From an uncultured archaeon (GTDB taxonomy: Archaea; Iainarchaeota; Iainarchaeia; Iainarchaeales; 0-14-0-20-30-16): a stretch of 6,312 bases of DNA. Below, piece after piece: positions 5,836 through 6,312 of the stretch. The number at the start of each line of letters is the position of its first letter. Positions within the stretch are counted from its first letter, which is position 1. The notes under the pieces were generated by a model. It saw only the letters and a list, made by a program, of their open reading frames with translations, was not told the DNA's origin and did not search any database. The stretch spans positions 17,950 through 24,261 of the forward strand of contig CAYZSS010000014.1 of NCBI GenBank assembly GCA_964480435.1. The letters run 5' to 3'. The position numbers were made by a program, and so were the translations under genes.

Positions 5836-6165
5836 ATGCCACTTGAAAAAAAACCATTTGAAGTTAAAAAGCCTGAAAAGAAGCCTTTGGGAGTTACTGA
5901 TCTAACAACAGTTCATAAAGAAATAGATTCTTTACGAGAATATATAAAAGATTTACATTATGATCTAAGACGAAACCCTAACCCGTCAAGTGTAGTGGCA
6001 AGAGTAGTAATGGAGTTAGGAAAAATGCCAAAGCCAGTAAAAAAAATATTAAAACCTGAACTTATAGGGATAATAACAGCTTGTTTAGAACATGAAAAAA
6101 AATACTCCGAAAGCACATATTTTTATACTTTAAGAGACCATCTAGAAGAATTACAAAAATTATAA
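5836..6165 (+). CDS. Hypothetical small helical protein (109 aa) with a Lys/Pro-rich N-terminal tail; divergent from the MFS gene; probable paralog of 4149-4526
   Basis: It is the only long ORF in this interval. The ATG at 5836 is preceded by GTGAT (5826-5830) 5 nt upstream. The stop is TAA at 6163-6165. The N-terminal tail reads KKPFEVKKPEKKP. The block TDLTTVHKEIDSLREYIKDLHYDLRRNPNP aligns without gaps to TNLENVRKVLLESHTFLNHLIQDLNQNRSP of the 125-aa ORF. Confidence 0.6.
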   Translation: MPLEKKPFEVKKPEKKPLGVTDLTTVHKEIDSLREYIKDLHYDLRRNPNPSSVVARVVMELGKMPKPVKKILKPELIGIITACLEHEKKYSESTYFYTLRDHLEELQKL

Positions 6166-6184
6166 AAAAGAAAAAAAGCAAGAG
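6164..6184 (-). terminator. Putative oligo-T terminator for the truncated minus-strand gene
   Basis: The minus strand reads TAA-CTCTTGC-TTTTTTT-C-TTTTTT directly after the stop at 6185. It overlaps the last two bases of the stop codon of the plus-strand ORF. Confidence 0.35.
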
Positions 6185-6312
6185 TTATTCTACCAGAATA
6201 GATTCTTTATTTTCTATTTTCATTACTTGGAATGCTGCATTTTTCAAATCCCCCTGCTCATCAAATTCAATTAAAGGATTTGATATCCCTTCCATGCTTG
6301 TTTTCTTCAATT
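6185..6312 (-). CDS. 3' end of an unidentified gene that runs off the window edge (41 codons visible)
   Basis: The reverse-strand frame is open from 6310 down to the TAA at 6185-6187 and encodes ...LKKTSMEGISNPLIEFDEQGDLKNAAFQVMKIENKESILVE*. T7 and T6 tracts follow on the minus strand (6164-6177), as expected for an archaeal terminator. It is too short for the ORF track and I cannot assign a family. Confidence 0.35.
   Translation of the reverse strand, partial: LKKTSMEGISNPLIEFDEQGDLKNAAFQVMKIENKESILVE

Noticed and set aside
1-6312. Search for CRISPR repeats, tRNA/rRNA, IS or transposase termini, integrase genes, or long direct or tandem repeats
   Set aside because: By eye I found no regularly spaced repeats, cloverleaf-capable segments or terminal inverted repeats. 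Nearly all sequence is accounted for by the seven coding regions and short AT-rich spacers. Homopolymer A/T runs reflect base composition and Lys/Phe codons.

Overview
This is a compact, very AT-rich window (roughly 30% G+C by eye) with short intergenic spacers. It holds six complete genes and one 3'-truncated ORF. I found no rRNA, tRNA, CRISPR array, transposase or long repeat. The minus strand carries four genes: an SPFH/stomatin-family membrane protein (13-981), a membrane-anchored archaeal-type LonB protease (1075-2949), a 357-aa [FeFe]-hydrogenase consisting only of the H-cluster domain (3027-4100), and a 12-TM MFS transporter (4599-5774). The plus strand carries two small uncharacterised helical proteins (4149-4526 and 5836-6165). 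Each is divergent from a minus-strand gene, and the two look like distant paralogs. A transmembrane-inserted LonB, TATA-like AT boxes about 25 nt upstream of start codons, oligo-T tracts at convergent gene ends and GTGAT Shine-Dalgarno motifs together point to an archaeon, plausibly a small-genome DPANN-like lineage. That assignment is inference only. The standout feature is the minimal hydrogenase. All three H-cluster signature motifs are present. Its five cysteines are exactly the four cluster ligands plus the proton-relay Cys. It has no accessory Fe-S domains, and the window contains no hydE/F/G maturase or obvious redox partner.
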